Assembly: GCA_030550585.1 (NCBI GenBank)
Contig: JAUQPB010000002.1
Coordinates: 160,001-224,000 of the forward strand
Origin: Thermoproteota archaeon
GTDB taxonomy: Archaea; Thermoproteota; Thermoprotei_A; Sulfolobales; Ignisphaeraceae
Direction: 5' to 3'
Length of the DNA: 64,000 nt
Part shown: positions 1 to 11,831 of the stretch, one piece after another
Position numbering within the stretch: position 1 is the stretch's first letter
Layout: each line of letters starts with the position of its first letter
Notes under the pieces: model-generated
Seen by the model: only the letters and a program-made list of their open reading frames with translations
Told to the model about the DNA's origin: nothing
Databases searched by the model: none
Position numbers and translations under genes: made by a program

Positions 1-124
1 TCTTTTTATTCTCTATCTAAGTAAATTTAAGAAATCATGACGAGAATTTATTTGCTGTGTATAAATTCAATAGTTTAAACTTTAAATAGTGGAATAAAAT
101 GAGGTATCTTAACTGGTGTTTTCA

Positions 125-910
125 ATGATTGAGGGCAAGATGTTTGAAGAAAGAATATCGAGAAGCATAATAAGGAATACAATGCTTGATCTGCTTAGAT
201 TAACAAATGTTGATGTGGTGATTGTTGGTGCAGGCCCTTCCGGCATGGTTGCTGCAAAGTATATTGCTGATAAGGGTTACAAGGTGGTGGTTCTAGAACG
301 AAGGCTTAGCTTTGGTGGTGGTATAGGTGGTGGGGGCATGCTATTCCATAAAATAGTTGTTGATGAGTCTGCTATTCCAATTCTAAAGGACTTTAATATT
401 AGGTTTCAAAAAGATGAAGAAGAGAATCTATATGTTTTAGATTCATCAGAACTAATGGCTAAGCTGGCTACTGGTGCTATTGATGCTGGTGCAAAGATTA
501 TTAATGGTGTGCATGTGGAGGACGTTATTTATAGGGAGAATCCTCTGAGGATAACCGGAGTTGTAATTCAATGGAGCGCAGTAGTGTTATCAGGTCTTCA
601 TGTAGACCCTCTATTCATAAGATCGAAGGCTGTAGTTGATGCCACAGGACACGATGCTGAGGTTATTAAGATTGTGGCTAAGAAGATTCCCGAGTCTAAC
701 ATTGTTCTACGTGGGGAGAAGTCAGCATATTCAGAGCTGTCGGAGAGAATAGTTGTTGAAAAGACGGGCGCAGTTTTGCCAGGGCTCTATGCAACAGGGA
801 TGTCTGTAGCAGCGCTATATGGTTTGCCTAGGATGGGACCAGTATTCAGCTCAATGTTGTTGTCTGGCAAGAAGGTGGCCGAAATTATTGTAAGCGATCT
901 AAAATCGTAA
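125..910 (+). CDS. thi4: Thi4-family thiazole synthase (sulfide-dependent, non-Cys type)
   Basis: GAGPSG dinucleotide motif, [21 protein letters not shown]; start moved to the ATG after a GGTG SD. Confidence 0.93.
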   Translation: MIEGKMFEERISRSIIRNTMLDLLRLTNVDVVIVGAGPSGMVAAKYIADKGYKVVVLERRLSFGGGIGGGGMLFHKIVVDESAIPILKDFNIRFQKDEEENLYVLDSSELMAKLATGAIDAGAKIINGVHVEDVIYRENPLRITGVVIQWSAVVLSGLHVDPLFIRSKAVVDATGHDAEVIKIVAKKIPESNIVLRGEKSAYSELSERIVVEKTGAVLPGLYATGMSVAALYGLPRMGPVFSSMLLSGKKVAEIIVSDLKS

Positions 911-957
911 CATAGTAGAAAAGTAGAAAAATTTTTAGCGTATTTGTAACAGTGTCT

Positions 958-1446
958 CTAAACCTTTCTAATCTTTTTGAGGTACTCTATAATTCCACCT
1001 GACATTAGTATCTCTAGTGCCATTCCACTTAAACCTTTGCATGCAACTTTTTTAGAATTGTTTATTGTAACCTCGCCAGACACTAGATCGATTTTTATAG
1101 AATCCCCATCTCTAACCTCTTTTGATATTCCTGGGCATATGATGACTGGCAAACCATTGTTTATTGCATTTCTATAGAATATCCTTGCAAAGGACTCTGC
1201 TACAACAGCCTTTACACCTGCAGCCTTAATAGCTATGGCTGCCTGCTCCCTTGAAGACCCCATTCCAAATACCTTACCAGCAACTATTATAGCGCCATTG
1301 GCTTTCTTATAGAATTCGGGGTCTATAGACTCAAAGACGTGTTGTGCAAGGTATTGTGGATCTGTATACTTTAGATGTTTAGCTGGTATAATGACATCTG
1401 TGTCTATCTTATCGCCAAGTTTTATAACCCTTCCCTCGATTATCAC
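958..1446 (-). CDS. leuD: 3-isopropylmalate dehydratase/homoaconitase small subunit
   Basis: [35 protein letters not shown]; GTG start overlaps the leuC stop. Confidence 0.9.
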   Translation of the reverse strand: MIIEGRVIKLGDKIDTDVIIPAKHLKYTDPQYLAQHVFESIDPEFYKKANGAIIVAGKVFGMGSSREQAAIAIKAAGVKAVVAESFARIFYRNAINNGLPVIICPGISKEVRDGDSIKIDLVSGEVTINNSKKVACKGLSGMALEILMSGGIIEYLKKIRKV

Positions 1447-2693
1447 ATTACATCACCTGGTTCAACAATCTTGCCGCTCACAGCTGTTGTAGCAGCTATA
1501 GCAGGGCCTGAGAGATATATTTTTGCTTGGGGGCTACCCATTCTACCAACAAAATTCCTATTTGACGTTGAAACAACAACTTCGCCGGGAGCTGCAATAC
1601 CGAAGTGTCCTCCTATGCAAGGACCACATGTTCCATATGTTACTATACAACCTGCTTCCACAAGGGTTTGTATGTAGCCTAGCTCCATAGCTTTTCTAAA
1701 CACATTCCAAGATGCTGGAACGGCTATGCATCTTGACTTCACCTTTTTCCCTTTCATTATTTTTGCAGCTATCTCAAAATCTGATAGTCTGCCATTGGTG
1801 CAGGAGCCTATGAATACATAGTCAACCTCTGTACCCCACACATCTCTAACACTTTTAACATTATCAACGCTGTGTGGGGCGGCTACAAGGAAATCAACTT
1901 TATCGAGTTCTATAGTGTATTCATCTACGTACTCAGCATCTGGATCAGGGGTTATAGTTTTGGGTTCGAAACCTCTTTCTGTCTTCACATAGTTTACGGT
2001 TACAGAGTCTGGCACAAACATTAGTGTATCGGCATTCATCTCTATACCCATATTAGCTACAGTCACTCTATAGTCCATTGGAAAGCTCTGTGGGTTGTCG
2101 ACAAATACCTCTATCGACATACCATTGAAATAGTCGGCTTTGAAAACCCTCAGAATCTCTAGTGCCACCTCCTTGCCCGTGCGCCACTCTTTAAGAGCTC
2201 CTGTAAGCTTTATCTTGAATGGCTGCGGAACAGTAAGCCAGGTTCTACCAGTTAAGACAATCGCTGCAATATCGCTTGCCCCAAGGCCTTGGGCAAACGC
2301 CCCTAGTGCACCAGATGTTGTTGTGTGGCTATCAGCCGCCATAACAACTTGTCCAGGTAAAACATACCTTTCTATCAAAACCTGGTGAAGAATTCCAAAG
2401 CCTACGTCATGAAAGTTTTTAATCCCGTGTTTCCTAGCAAACAATCTTATGTGTTGCTGAATTTCAGCGCTTCTAACATCTGGTGGTGGAACAAGGTGGT
2501 CAAAAGCTATGACAAGCGAATCAATATTGTGTATTTTTACATTGCCTGTTTTTTCCATAACTTCTATAACATGATATCCTGTTAGATCATGAAAAGCTAC
2601 AACATCTACGGCAACCTCTATAACATCACCAGGAGATACTACTCTTCCTGATGCCCTCTCTAAGATTTTTTCTGTGAGGGTCTTACCCACCAT
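1443..2693 (-). CDS. leuC: 3-isopropylmalate dehydratase/homoaconitase large subunit
   Basis: ADSHT, GSCTNGR, CGPCIG and [12 protein letters not shown] aconitase-family motifs. Confidence 0.9.
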   Translation of the reverse strand: MVGKTLTEKILERASGRVVSPGDVIEVAVDVVAFHDLTGYHVIEVMEKTGNVKIHNIDSLVIAFDHLVPPPDVRSAEIQQHIRLFARKHGIKNFHDVGFGILHQVLIERYVLPGQVVMAADSHTTTSGALGAFAQGLGASDIAAIVLTGRTWLTVPQPFKIKLTGALKEWRTGKEVALEILRVFKADYFNGMSIEVFVDNPQSFPMDYRVTVANMGIEMNADTLMFVPDSVTVNYVKTERGFEPKTITPDPDAEYVDEYTIELDKVDFLVAAPHSVDNVKSVRDVWGTEVDYVFIGSCTNGRLSDFEIAAKIMKGKKVKSRCIAVPASWNVFRKAMELGYIQTLVEAGCIVTYGTCGPCIGGHFGIAAPGEVVVSTSNRNFVGRMGSPQAKIYLSGPAIAATTAVSGKIVEPGDVM

Positions 2694-2897
2694 CTATGCA
2701 CCAAGCAAAGTATCTTGAACACAAAATAAAAGCTTAAAATATTATTGTACACAATAAACATTTTTAATCACATCCAAAATGACCAGAGACAATATTTAGA
2801 CGCATGCTGGCATGATAATGGTTTCTATAAGCAGAAAGCATGTTGAGACAAGAAAACTATATGCATCTCAGCATCTTCCTTATCGAAAATGCAAACT

Positions 2898-3899
2898 TCA
2901 CAGCCTGAACCTCTTTGGCTGTTTTAAACTCTTCTTTTCCCAGTCAACAGTGACTTTTCTCTTTGCACCTTTAACCATATTGACATAGTTTATTGCAGAT
3001 AATGCTGCTATAACTCCTGAGGCAGCAGATATTATGGCTTGCTTGTATGGGGTGTTGCTTGCAATGTCTCCCGCGGCGAAGAGACCAGGTGTTTTGGTCG
3101 CCCCTAGGCTATCCACAATAATCTCGCCTTTTTCTGTAATGTCTACATATTGCTTTAGGAAGTCTATTCTTGTTTCAAAGCCTATTTCAACGAATAGCGC
3201 ATCTACCAAGAGCTCTACTTTTTCAGCACCTCTTTTAATAACAACCTTTTCTAGTTTTTTATCACCGTTTATCTCCTCAACAGTGTAACCCTCAAAGACC
3301 TTTACGTTGCTAAACTTCTTTGCATAGTCTATGCTGTGGTCACTATGATAGGGCACAATGTAATACACCTCTCTAGCTAGTGGTGCAAGCAACCCAAGGT
3401 TTTCAACACCTTTCTCACCGAAGCTCACTAATGCAACGGTCTTTCCCTTATATAGTGGGGCATCACAGATAACACAGTAGCTCAGCCCCTTACCAACGAA
3501 AGAATCTTCTTTGCTTAGACCAAGCTTCCTGGGGGCCTTACCACATGCTGCGATAACAGCTATAGACCTTATGACCAAGCCTTTCTTGGTTCTCGCTACA
3601 AAGAACCCATTAGCTTTCTCTAAGCTGACAACCTCATCAACTATGATCTCGGCATTAAATGACATAGCTTGTTGCTGTATCTTCAGAACCAACTCTATGC
3701 CTGGGGCTGGATCGAAACCAGGGTAATTCTCTATTATACTTGCATATGAGAGCTGGCCGCCAATGTCAAGAGCGACAACAGTTACCTTCAAGTTTTGCCT
3801 AGCGATGTAAAGAGCGGCTGAAAGCCCCGCTACACCGCCGCCAATCACTAAAACATCTGTGTTTATTTCCCTCTCCTCAACACCGAAATCTCTTTCCAT
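2898..3899 (-). CDS. trxB: Thioredoxin reductase-like FAD oxidoreductase
   Basis: GGGVAG, IENYPG, SYCVICD redox motif, GLFAAGD; NAD(P)H-binding motifs are degenerate. Confidence 0.8.
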   Translation of the reverse strand: MERDFGVEEREINTDVLVIGGGVAGLSAALYIARQNLKVTVVALDIGGQLSYASIIENYPGFDPAPGIELVLKIQQQAMSFNAEIIVDEVVSLEKANGFFVARTKKGLVIRSIAVIAACGKAPRKLGLSKEDSFVGKGLSYCVICDAPLYKGKTVALVSFGEKGVENLGLLAPLAREVYYIVPYHSDHSIDYAKKFSNVKVFEGYTVEEINGDKKLEKVVIKRGAEKVELLVDALFVEIGFETRIDFLKQYVDITEKGEIIVDSLGATKTPGLFAAGDIASNTPYKQAIISAASGVIAALSAINYVNMVKGAKRKVTVDWEKKSLKQPKRFRL

Positions 3900-4033
3900 A
3901 AACTACACCTGTGCTGAATCGACTAGATATTGCGGCAATGAGGCTTATAAGCATACCCATGTTTAAAGACAGCGTCAACCCCTCTTAATGTTCATAAAAA
4001 TTTATTTTAAGGCAAAGCACAATATATTTTAGA

Positions 4034-5947
4034 TTGGAAATGATTGGCATAATTCTTGCAGCTGGCTATGGAACTAGATTGCATCCTATAACACTCGAAA
4101 TGCCTAAGACGATGATTGAGTTGGAACCCGGTGTCTCTATTCTAGATTATATAGTAAGTGCATTTAAAGATGTTGAGATTTCTGAGATATATGTTGCTAC
4201 AAGAGAAGATGTTTCGCATTTCTTTTTGAAGAGAGGCGATGTAAAGGTTCTTGTTGTAGACGTTAAGGAGGGTGATGGAAATCTCTGGACACTCTACCAA
4301 GCAATTTCTAGTCTGAAGTCCATGGGCATAGAAGATGATGTTGTGCTTTCTATGTCTGATCATGTATATGAATACGCTATTATTAGAAAACTTGTTAAGG
4401 CAGCTAGAAACTCCTCAAAGCTCTATATATGCTTAGATAAGCTGATTCGTGGAAGAGATGCTGTTGAAGGCCTTAAAATAGTTGTTGATGGCAATACAGT
4501 TGTTTTATCAGGTAAAAATATACCGCCTTATAGCGGGATAGATACTGGGCTATTTTTTATACCTAAATCCATTTTTCCATATATAGAAAAGATTGTTTTG
4601 GAGAAGGGTAGAAAAGCATCGTTATCTGACATGATCAATGCTTTGGCTAAGGAGAACCTCGTTGGATATGTTGATGTCTCAGGCTATCTCTGGCAAGATG
4701 TAGACACTCTCGAAGATGTTGAAAGGGTTAGGAAACTCTATTGGAAGATACTGTCGAGAAACCTTGTAAAGGATAGTGACGGTGTTGTGTCAAGGTATAT
4801 CAACAGGAGGATATCTACAGCAATAAGTATCAGTATGTATAAAGCCAGGGTTTTCATACATCCAAACATATTAACAGTTATAGTGTTTATTATAGGTGTT
4901 GTGGCGTCGATATTGCTGTTTACTGGACATGATATTGTCGGAGCTCTTCTAGCTTTGCTATCATCTATACTGGATGGCGTGGATGGTGAAGTCGCTCGTT
5001 TATACAATGCTAAATCTAGATTTGGCGCAATGTTGGATACATTGCTTGATAGAATAGTTGATGTGTTGCTACTATCCGCGATATTTTATCAGATGGTGCA
5101 AGGCTCTATCCAGCTAGGCAACACAATACTTACTGTGTATGTACTATTGTATGCCTTGTCATTACTAGGCTCAATATATGTTAGCTATATCAGCAATGTC
5201 ATAGAAGATAAAGAGTATGTGGCTAGTCTTAGAAGTCAGTTCCCATGGGCAACAAGAGATGTAAGAATATTTGTTCTAGCACTTGCCACAGTTTTTAAAG
5301 CCTATGAATATGGCTTAATGTATATAGCTTTTTCGAGCTGGGTCTTCATAGCTAGGTCGTTAGCGCACAGTTTCAAAAGTGAAGCAAAGACAAGGTCAAA
5401 GCTGTTTACATTGCTCACTAGTAGACGTCAGATTAAGCCCTATATAGAGAAGCCATTTGCAGTATTAATTGAGGAAACAATATTCTATCTGTTGCTTCTA
5501 GCAATTCTGATACCCTTAACAAATACTGCTTTAGCCAAAATCAACAGCTATGTTGATCTTGATGTAAAAAGTCCATACCCTCTTCTATGGGAATTTATAG
5601 CATCTATAGAGATAGCTACAATAGTTTATCTATTCTACAGATTCATGAAAGGGTTTATCACAATTCTAACAACACTCAAAAATAAGGTGGTTGAGAAGTT
5701 ATGGATTACCCCAACTGTTTATCAAAGAATCATTAAAAGAGGTCTTATACTAGCTCTAATTATGTTATCTACATATCCGATAAACTACGTCATGGCATTA
5801 GCCGGTGTAGAAAAAGAGATCAAGGATCTTGGCAACTACATACTTATGATAATAACATTTGTTGCTATAGTAATGCTCTTACTAGATATTGCCAAAGCAT
5901 TTGAACATATAATTAGAGGCTATATTCTAAAGAAGAATAGAGATTGA
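4034..5947 (+). CDS. Bifunctional NTP transferase/CDP-alcohol phosphotransferase (IPCT/DIPPS-like) with extra C-terminal membrane domain
   Basis: ILAAGYGTRL, WQDVDT, DGVVSRYINRRIS, DGVDGEVAR...GAMLDTLLD. Confidence 0.8.
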   Translation: MEMIGIILAAGYGTRLHPITLEMPKTMIELEPGVSILDYIVSAFKDVEISEIYVATREDVSHFFLKRGDVKVLVVDVKEGDGNLWTLYQAISSLKSMGIEDDVVLSMSDHVYEYAIIRKLVKAARNSSKLYICLDKLIRGRDAVEGLKIVVDGNTVVLSGKNIPPYSGIDTGLFFIPKSIFPYIEKIVLEKGRKASLSDMINALAKENLVGYVDVSGYLWQDVDTLEDVERVRKLYWKILSRNLVKDSDGVVSRYINRRISTAISISMYKARVFIHPNILTVIVFIIGVVASILLFTGHDIVGALLALLSSILDGVDGEVARLYNAKSRFGAMLDTLLDRIVDVLLLSAIFYQMVQGSIQLGNTILTVYVLLYALSLLGSIYVSYISNVIEDKEYVASLRSQFPWATRDVRIFVLALATVFKAYEYGLMYIAFSSWVFIARSLAHSFKSEAKTRSKLFTLLTSRRQIKPYIEKPFAVLIEETIFYLLLLAILIPLTNTALAKINSYVDLDVKSPYPLLWEFIASIEIATIVYLFYRFMKGFITILTTLKNKVVEKLWITPTVYQRIIKRGLILALIMLSTYPINYVMALAGVEKEIKDLGNYILMIITFVAIVMLLLDIAKAFEHIIRGYILKKNRD

Positions 5948-5983
5948 CTATATTTAACCTACATCCTTAATAAATTTGTTATT

Positions 5984-8900
5984 TTATGAGATAGGCACTG
6001 TTATGTCTTCTATGCTGCTCCAGAACATCTTCATATCTTTTATGTCGTTAATGTCTATAGAGAACTTTGATAGACTTTTGGCAAATTCTAGTCCAAGTCT
6101 GTGATCTAGTATGAGCGGTATGACTAGGTCTGCTGCATATCTTCTAATCCTATAGTCTTTTTCTGGTGCATAGCCTGTTGTTATCACCAAGTCGATTCTA
6201 TTGTTTATCATATATTCAATGACCGTGGACTCTGGAACTGTGTCAGCATTTTTAACAGGCATGGTATCTACTGTAATGGTTTTGTATCCCATATCACTAA
6301 AGATTTTAGCGGCATCTTCAAGTTCCTTAAACAGTTTTTGAAGCGGATTATATATCAAAACCATATTGCTTTTTGAGGGTAGCCTATTTCCAGATACGCT
6401 AAGCCAACTCAATATAAGCGCATTTTCAAAGTTTCTAGAAATTGTAGCAACTTCGCCAACACTTCTCATTTCAGGCCCCAAAAATGGGTATGCACCTCTT
6501 AGCCTCGCCCACGAGAATTGAGGAGATTTAACTCCAAACCATTTTGGCACGAGCAAATTGAACTTATTTTCATGTACAGCAGACTCGATTCTGCCTAGTA
6601 GAGACGCCTCAACAGCAGCTTTCATTAGGTTGTAGCCTGTGACCTTGCTTGTAAATGGCATTGATCTGCTTGCTCTCAAATTCAATTCGATTACATATAT
6701 GTTTCCATCTTTATAGAGCATCTGTAAATTGTATGGACCTTTAATATTTAGAACCTCGTTTAATCTCATAGCTATTTTACAAGCCTCTACAACAACGTTC
6801 TCAGGGAGCGTTCTATATGGTATAGACATTGTGGCGTCGCCACTATGAACACCAGCATATTCTACATGCTCTATAACAGTTCCTATAGCCGTCTTCCCAT
6901 CTCCGACAGCATCAACCTCAAATTCTATTGCACCATCTATAAACTTTGACACGACAACAGGGTATTTCGGCGATATCTTTGCAGCCCTTGTTATATAGTC
7001 TATAAGCTCCTTTCTATTCCATGCAATATTCATTGCAGATCCACTTAGCACGTAACTCGGCCTTACAAGAACCGGGTAGCCAACGTCCTCAGCAAACTTG
7101 ATAACCTCATTAACATTTGACGCCTCTATCCATGGAGGCTGCTTAATGTTCAGTTCATCAAGTAGCTTACTAAACAAGGCTCTATTCTCGGCTCTATGAA
7201 CACTATAGCCAGCTGTGCCAAGTAGTGGCAAACCTCTTTTCTCTAATTCCCATGCAATATTATTAGATATTTGCCCTCCTAGAAATGCTACAATACCCTT
7301 TGGCTTTTCAACATCATATATATCCATAACCCTTTCAACAGTTATTTCATCAAAGTATAGCTTTTCATTCATATCCCAGTCTGTTGAAACAGTCTCTGGG
7401 TTATAGTTAACCACTATAACCTCATAGCCAAGCTTTCTAGCCTCATCAGCATAAGATACGATACTCCAATCAAACTCGACACTAACACCTATCCTGAATC
7501 CTCCAGCACCGAGAACCATTATCTTAGGCTTTGAACTGTCAAATGAGATGTCGTGCTCCCATCCATTATACGTTACATACAGATAATTGGTCTGCGCAGG
7601 CCACTCAGCAGCGAGAGTGTCTATCTGTTTCACAACAGGTTCTACACCAAACATCTTTCTAAGCTTTCTAACCTCATCTAGATCCATATTCAATGCTTTT
7701 GCAAGTTGCTCGTCACTGAAGCCTAACCTCTTACCCTCTGCTATTATACTTGCAAGAGTTTTTTCGTTGATGTTAGACGAATTTCTAAGTTTCTTTAAAT
7801 TCTCGTAAAACTCTACAACAATTTTTATTTGCTTCAAGAAGTGTTTGTCTATTCCGGTCAGCTCATATATTGTATCGACATCAACGCCATGTTTAAATGC
7901 TTTTGCAACCCATATAGGCCAGTATGGCTCTCTCCTCCTAATTCTCTCCAATACATAGCTAAGCGATATAGTATCATCCTCGTATATCCTCCCACCAACA
8001 AGACCAGGCTCGCCGATGTCAAGCATTCTCAATGCTTTCTGCAATGCCTCTAGAAACGTTCTTCCAATTGACATAACCTCTCCAACGCTCTTCATTTCTG
8101 TTCCAAGCGACCTTTCCACATATGGAAACTTGTCCAAATCCCATCTCGGGATCTTTATCACAACATAGTCTAGGCTTGGCTCAAAACATGCCGAAGTCTT
8201 GCCTGTAACCTTGTTCAGAACCTCGTATAGTCTATATCCAAGTGCGAGTTTCGCGGCTATATATGCTAGTGGATACCCGGTTGCCTTGCTGGCTAGGGCA
8301 CTGCTCCTCGACATTCTTGGATTGGTTTCTATAACATAGGCTTCTTCACTGTTCCAAGGATTTAGAGCGACTTGAACATTCCCCTCGCCCACAAGCATAA
8401 TAGCCCTTTCAGTGGCTATAGATAGGTTTCTAGATAGCTGGTACTCAAAATCTGTGAGTGTTTGACAGGGTGCTACAACAATTGACTCTCCTGTGTGCAC
8501 ACCCATTGGATCGAGATTCTCTAGACACGCCACAGCAGCTACATTGTCATAAGCATCTCTAACAACCTCAAACTCGATTTCTTTCCAATGATGGAGATAC
8601 TTTTCAATAAGCACTTCACCGATTTCTGATTGTGCAAAAGCTGCTCTAAGTTTCTTCACAAGCTCTTCTTTTCTCCAGGCAACAAAGCTCCCGGCTCCTC
8701 CAAGATTGAAACTCACTCTAACCATGACTGGGTATCCCATCTCCTCCGCTATTTTTGTGGCCTCCTCTATGGATGTTGTAGCTTTGCTTGGTGGAACAGG
8801 TATGCCGTGTCTAAGCATGGTTTCTCTAAATAATGATCTAGACAAAGCTCTTCTAACACCCTCTATTGGGGTTCCCAAAACCTTCACGCCATATTTCTCG

Positions 8901-9214
8901 AGAACCCCATCATCATGCAGTTTTACGCCAATGCTCAGAGCTGTTTGGCCTCCAAAACCTATGAGAATTCCATCGGGTCTCTCAATCTCTATAACCTTTG
9001 CAACGTACTCTGGTTTTAGGGGGAGCAGATAAACCTTGTCAGCAAACTTATAGCTTGTCTGGATTGTTGCTATGTTTGGATTGATCAAGATGGTTTCTAT
9101 ACCCTCCTCTTTCAATGCCTTTAAAGCTTGGTTACCACTATAATCGAATTCAGCAGCCTCTGCAATCTTGATGGCGCCAGAGCCTATCACGAGAACCTTC
9201 TTAGCCACCTCCAT
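5984..9214 (-). CDS. carB: Carbamoyl-phosphate synthase large subunit
   Basis: [26 protein letters not shown], duplicated ATP-grasp domains, 1076 aa. Confidence 0.97.
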   Translation of the reverse strand: MEVAKKVLVIGSGAIKIAEAAEFDYSGNQALKALKEEGIETILINPNIATIQTSYKFADKVYLLPLKPEYVAKVIEIERPDGILIGFGGQTALSIGVKLHDDGVLEKYGVKVLGTPIEGVRRALSRSLFRETMLRHGIPVPPSKATTSIEEATKIAEEMGYPVMVRVSFNLGGAGSFVAWRKEELVKKLRAAFAQSEIGEVLIEKYLHHWKEIEFEVVRDAYDNVAAVACLENLDPMGVHTGESIVVAPCQTLTDFEYQLSRNLSIATERAIMLVGEGNVQVALNPWNSEEAYVIETNPRMSRSSALASKATGYPLAYIAAKLALGYRLYEVLNKVTGKTSACFEPSLDYVVIKIPRWDLDKFPYVERSLGTEMKSVGEVMSIGRTFLEALQKALRMLDIGEPGLVGGRIYEDDTISLSYVLERIRRREPYWPIWVAKAFKHGVDVDTIYELTGIDKHFLKQIKIVVEFYENLKKLRNSSNINEKTLASIIAEGKRLGFSDEQLAKALNMDLDEVRKLRKMFGVEPVVKQIDTLAAEWPAQTNYLYVTYNGWEHDISFDSSKPKIMVLGAGGFRIGVSVEFDWSIVSYADEARKLGYEVIVVNYNPETVSTDWDMNEKLYFDEITVERVMDIYDVEKPKGIVAFLGGQISNNIAWELEKRGLPLLGTAGYSVHRAENRALFSKLLDELNIKQPPWIEASNVNEVIKFAEDVGYPVLVRPSYVLSGSAMNIAWNRKELIDYITRAAKISPKYPVVVSKFIDGAIEFEVDAVGDGKTAIGTVIEHVEYAGVHSGDATMSIPYRTLPENVVVEACKIAMRLNEVLNIKGPYNLQMLYKDGNIYVIELNLRASRSMPFTSKVTGYNLMKAAVEASLLGRIESAVHENKFNLLVPKWFGVKSPQFSWARLRGAYPFLGPEMRSVGEVATISRNFENALILSWLSVSGNRLPSKSNMVLIYNPLQKLFKELEDAAKIFSDMGYKTITVDTMPVKNADTVPESTVIEYMINNRIDLVITTGYAPEKDYRIRRYAADLVIPLILDHRLGLEFAKSLSKFSIDINDIKDMKMFWSSIEDITVPIS

Positions 9215-10370
9215 GATTCAACACCATCTTTTTGAATTTTTCAAAAACCCATGTAGTGTCGTGGGGGCCTGGGCCACCCTCTGGATGAAACTGTGTTGCA
9301 ATTACAGGCAACTTCTTATGTATGACTCCCTCAACTGATTTGTCATCTATATTCTTGAACCATACAATCAAATCTGACTCTTCTAAGCTCTTCTCGTCAA
9401 CTGCATAGCCATGATTCTGCGTAGTTATATAACTTCTACCAGTTAGAACATCGACAACGCCTTTGTTTGGCCCTCTATGACCATATCTAAGCTTATATAT
9501 CTTAGCTCCGAGTGATAAGGATATGAGTTGAAGACCAAGGCATATTCCAAGAACAGGCTTACCAGATTCAACAAGTTCTCTAACAGTTTTGATCTGGTCA
9601 CTTAGAACAGCTGGGTTTCCAGGCCCATTACTAACAACAATTCCATCGGCATTGTCAAGCAATTCGTCTGCCTTGGACCAGCATGGATATCTAACAACCT
9701 TGAAGCCATATCTTAGCAACCATCTCAAAATACCATATTTTAAGCCACAGTCAAGAATGGCTATCTTTGCTACGGGTTTGGTAAGAGGCTCATACTCAAT
9801 TACTGTTTTGGGTGAAACAGCATAGGCAAAGTTCTTTATATCGTATCTTTCAGCTGTTTTCAGTTTTCTTTCTAGCTCCTCCCACGAAACCTCTTCGCCC
9901 TCTGGGAAAGTTGCTATAACACCCATCATAACACCCTGCTCTCTAATCTCCTTGACCAAGGCTCTTGTATCAACTTTGTACATGCCAGGGACACCGCTCT
10001 TCAAAAGCCATGTATGTAAATCGTATATGCTTAGATAGTGGTTTGGTGGAGGCAATTCAGAGACTATGAACCCCTCAACCTGTATTCTATCAGATTCGTA
10101 GTTTAGCGGAACACCGCAGTAGCTATGCGCTTTTGTTGGAACTCCATAGCATCCAACCATTGGATGTGTCCACAGAAGGATTTGCCCAGCATAGCTTGGA
10201 TCCGTCAAAGCCTCTACATAACCTGTCATGCTTGTTGAAAATACAACCTCTCCTACTCTAGTTTCTTCAGCACCAAAGCCACATCCTTCCACAGCATCAC
10301 CATTTTCAAGTAGCAAACGGCTACGTAGTCCTGTATCGCATTTCAGATGCTTAATTGTCTTAATCTGCAA
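9201..10370 (-). CDS. carA: Carbamoyl-phosphate synthase small subunit
   Basis: [34 protein letters not shown]. Confidence 0.96.
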   Translation of the reverse strand: MQIKTIKHLKCDTGLRSRLLLENGDAVEGCGFGAEETRVGEVVFSTSMTGYVEALTDPSYAGQILLWTHPMVGCYGVPTKAHSYCGVPLNYESDRIQVEGFIVSELPPPNHYLSIYDLHTWLLKSGVPGMYKVDTRALVKEIREQGVMMGVIATFPEGEEVSWEELERKLKTAERYDIKNFAYAVSPKTVIEYEPLTKPVAKIAILDCGLKYGILRWLLRYGFKVVRYPCWSKADELLDNADGIVVSNGPGNPAVLSDQIKTVRELVESGKPVLGICLGLQLISLSLGAKIYKLRYGHRGPNKGVVDVLTGRSYITTQNHGYAVDEKSLEESDLIVWFKNIDDKSVEGVIHKKLPVIATQFHPEGGPGPHDTTWVFEKFKKMVLNHGGG

Positions 10371-10395
10371 TGACCCTCACCTACATTTTTCAAAA

Positions 10396-11802
10396 TTAGC
10401 TTAAAAGTGTTGAGGTACACTTCTCAATTGCTAGTGAAACGTTCTTAACATTACTTCTGTCTCTTTCAAGTCTTGTCCAAGCATCTTCAAGCACTCTCTT
10501 CATGTTTATTTCCATAGGCCTATTCTTAACCATGTTCCAAATATCTTCGGGCGTCAAGTTGAAATGTGATAGAACTTTTGATATGCATGCAGAGTCTATT
10601 GCTCCACAATCTTTAAACAATTTAGCGAGATTCAAATAAACTTCTCGTGCCGGTCTCCCGCTGGTTAAAGCAATGTATTCAACTAGATCACTGCTCCAAC
10701 AGGGCTTGTCCTCGATAAACTTCTGAACAAGGTTTTCGTCTATGGATAAACCATTTATAAAATCTTTGATAATATTCAATGTTTTTTGAACGATGTCGAT
10801 AGACTGCATCGCCACATTGTTTATTTCTTGAAGGTCTAGGTTATAGCCATAGGGAAGACCCTTGTATATCGACTGCGCTCCAAATGCCAGACCACAAACT
10901 TTTGCTGCGTTAGCTCTCACAATTTCCATTGTAACGAGATTTCTTTTGTGAGGCATAATGCTACTAGTTGCAATGTGTTCAACTGGAACCTTCAACGCGT
11001 TTGGTATAAGACTATTTAGAAATATCATATCCTCTGCCAACCTGCTCAACTCAAGCATTAGAAGCGATAGTGCGTTTAGATAATGGAGTATGAAAAGCCT
11101 TGATCCAGTTGAATAGTATGGCGGAATCGGGGAGGGATCGAGGCAGAGCATGGCTCCAACACTTTCCCTATCTAGGTTTATGATACTTCCACTGGCAGCG
11201 CCAGAGCCAAGTGGGTTTTCTCTCAACAGATCTAGACCTTGGTAAAGAAGCCTCCAGATATTGGCAAGGGTATGTTCATAAGATATGAAGTATGTGGAGG
11301 CCGAACCACATTGCGCGACCTGTCCATGGGTAAAGAAAGGTATTATAACATTTCTTAGCTCCGTCGCTTTACGTAGTAGAGACTCTCTAACATCTAAAAG
11401 CGTATTGAGAATCTCAATTATGGAATCTCTCAAATACATTCTTAGAACAGTTGCGATATGGTCGTTTCGGCTTCTACCAATAGCTATGTAACCGGCGTCA
11501 GCCTCCGCAAATTCGTAGAGATATGCTTCAAGAGCCTCAAAAGCATCTTCATACGAAGCTTTTGACTGCTCAATCCATTTGTATAACTGTTCTCCATCAG
11601 ATTTTGCCAAGTCCTTTAATATCCTAACAATCTCTTCGCCATGGCTCGTAGGGATTATACCTTGCCTCATTAGCGTTTTTACATGGGCTAACATGACCAT
11701 GATTATATATTTAACGATTCTTTTGTCGCTTTCTAAACTAGAAAAATACTTCTCAATAAAGTCTTTGGTTTGGCCAATAAAAATTCTGTATCGAAGAGTC
11801 AT
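10396..11802 (-). CDS. argH: Argininosuccinate lyase
   Basis: GRSRNDH, PLGSGA, SSIMPHKRN, GYNLDLQE; next to argG. Confidence 0.93.
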   Translation of the reverse strand: MTLRYRIFIGQTKDFIEKYFSSLESDKRIVKYIIMVMLAHVKTLMRQGIIPTSHGEEIVRILKDLAKSDGEQLYKWIEQSKASYEDAFEALEAYLYEFAEADAGYIAIGRSRNDHIATVLRMYLRDSIIEILNTLLDVRESLLRKATELRNVIIPFFTHGQVAQCGSASTYFISYEHTLANIWRLLYQGLDLLRENPLGSGAASGSIINLDRESVGAMLCLDPSPIPPYYSTGSRLFILHYLNALSLLMLELSRLAEDMIFLNSLIPNALKVPVEHIATSSIMPHKRNLVTMEIVRANAAKVCGLAFGAQSIYKGLPYGYNLDLQEINNVAMQSIDIVQKTLNIIKDFINGLSIDENLVQKFIEDKPCWSSDLVEYIALTSGRPAREVYLNLAKLFKDCGAIDSACISKVLSHFNLTPEDIWNMVKNRPMEINMKRVLEDAWTRLERDRSNVKNVSLAIEKCTSTLLS

Positions 11803-11831
11803 ATCATCAAAACCTTATTAAAGGATGGTTT

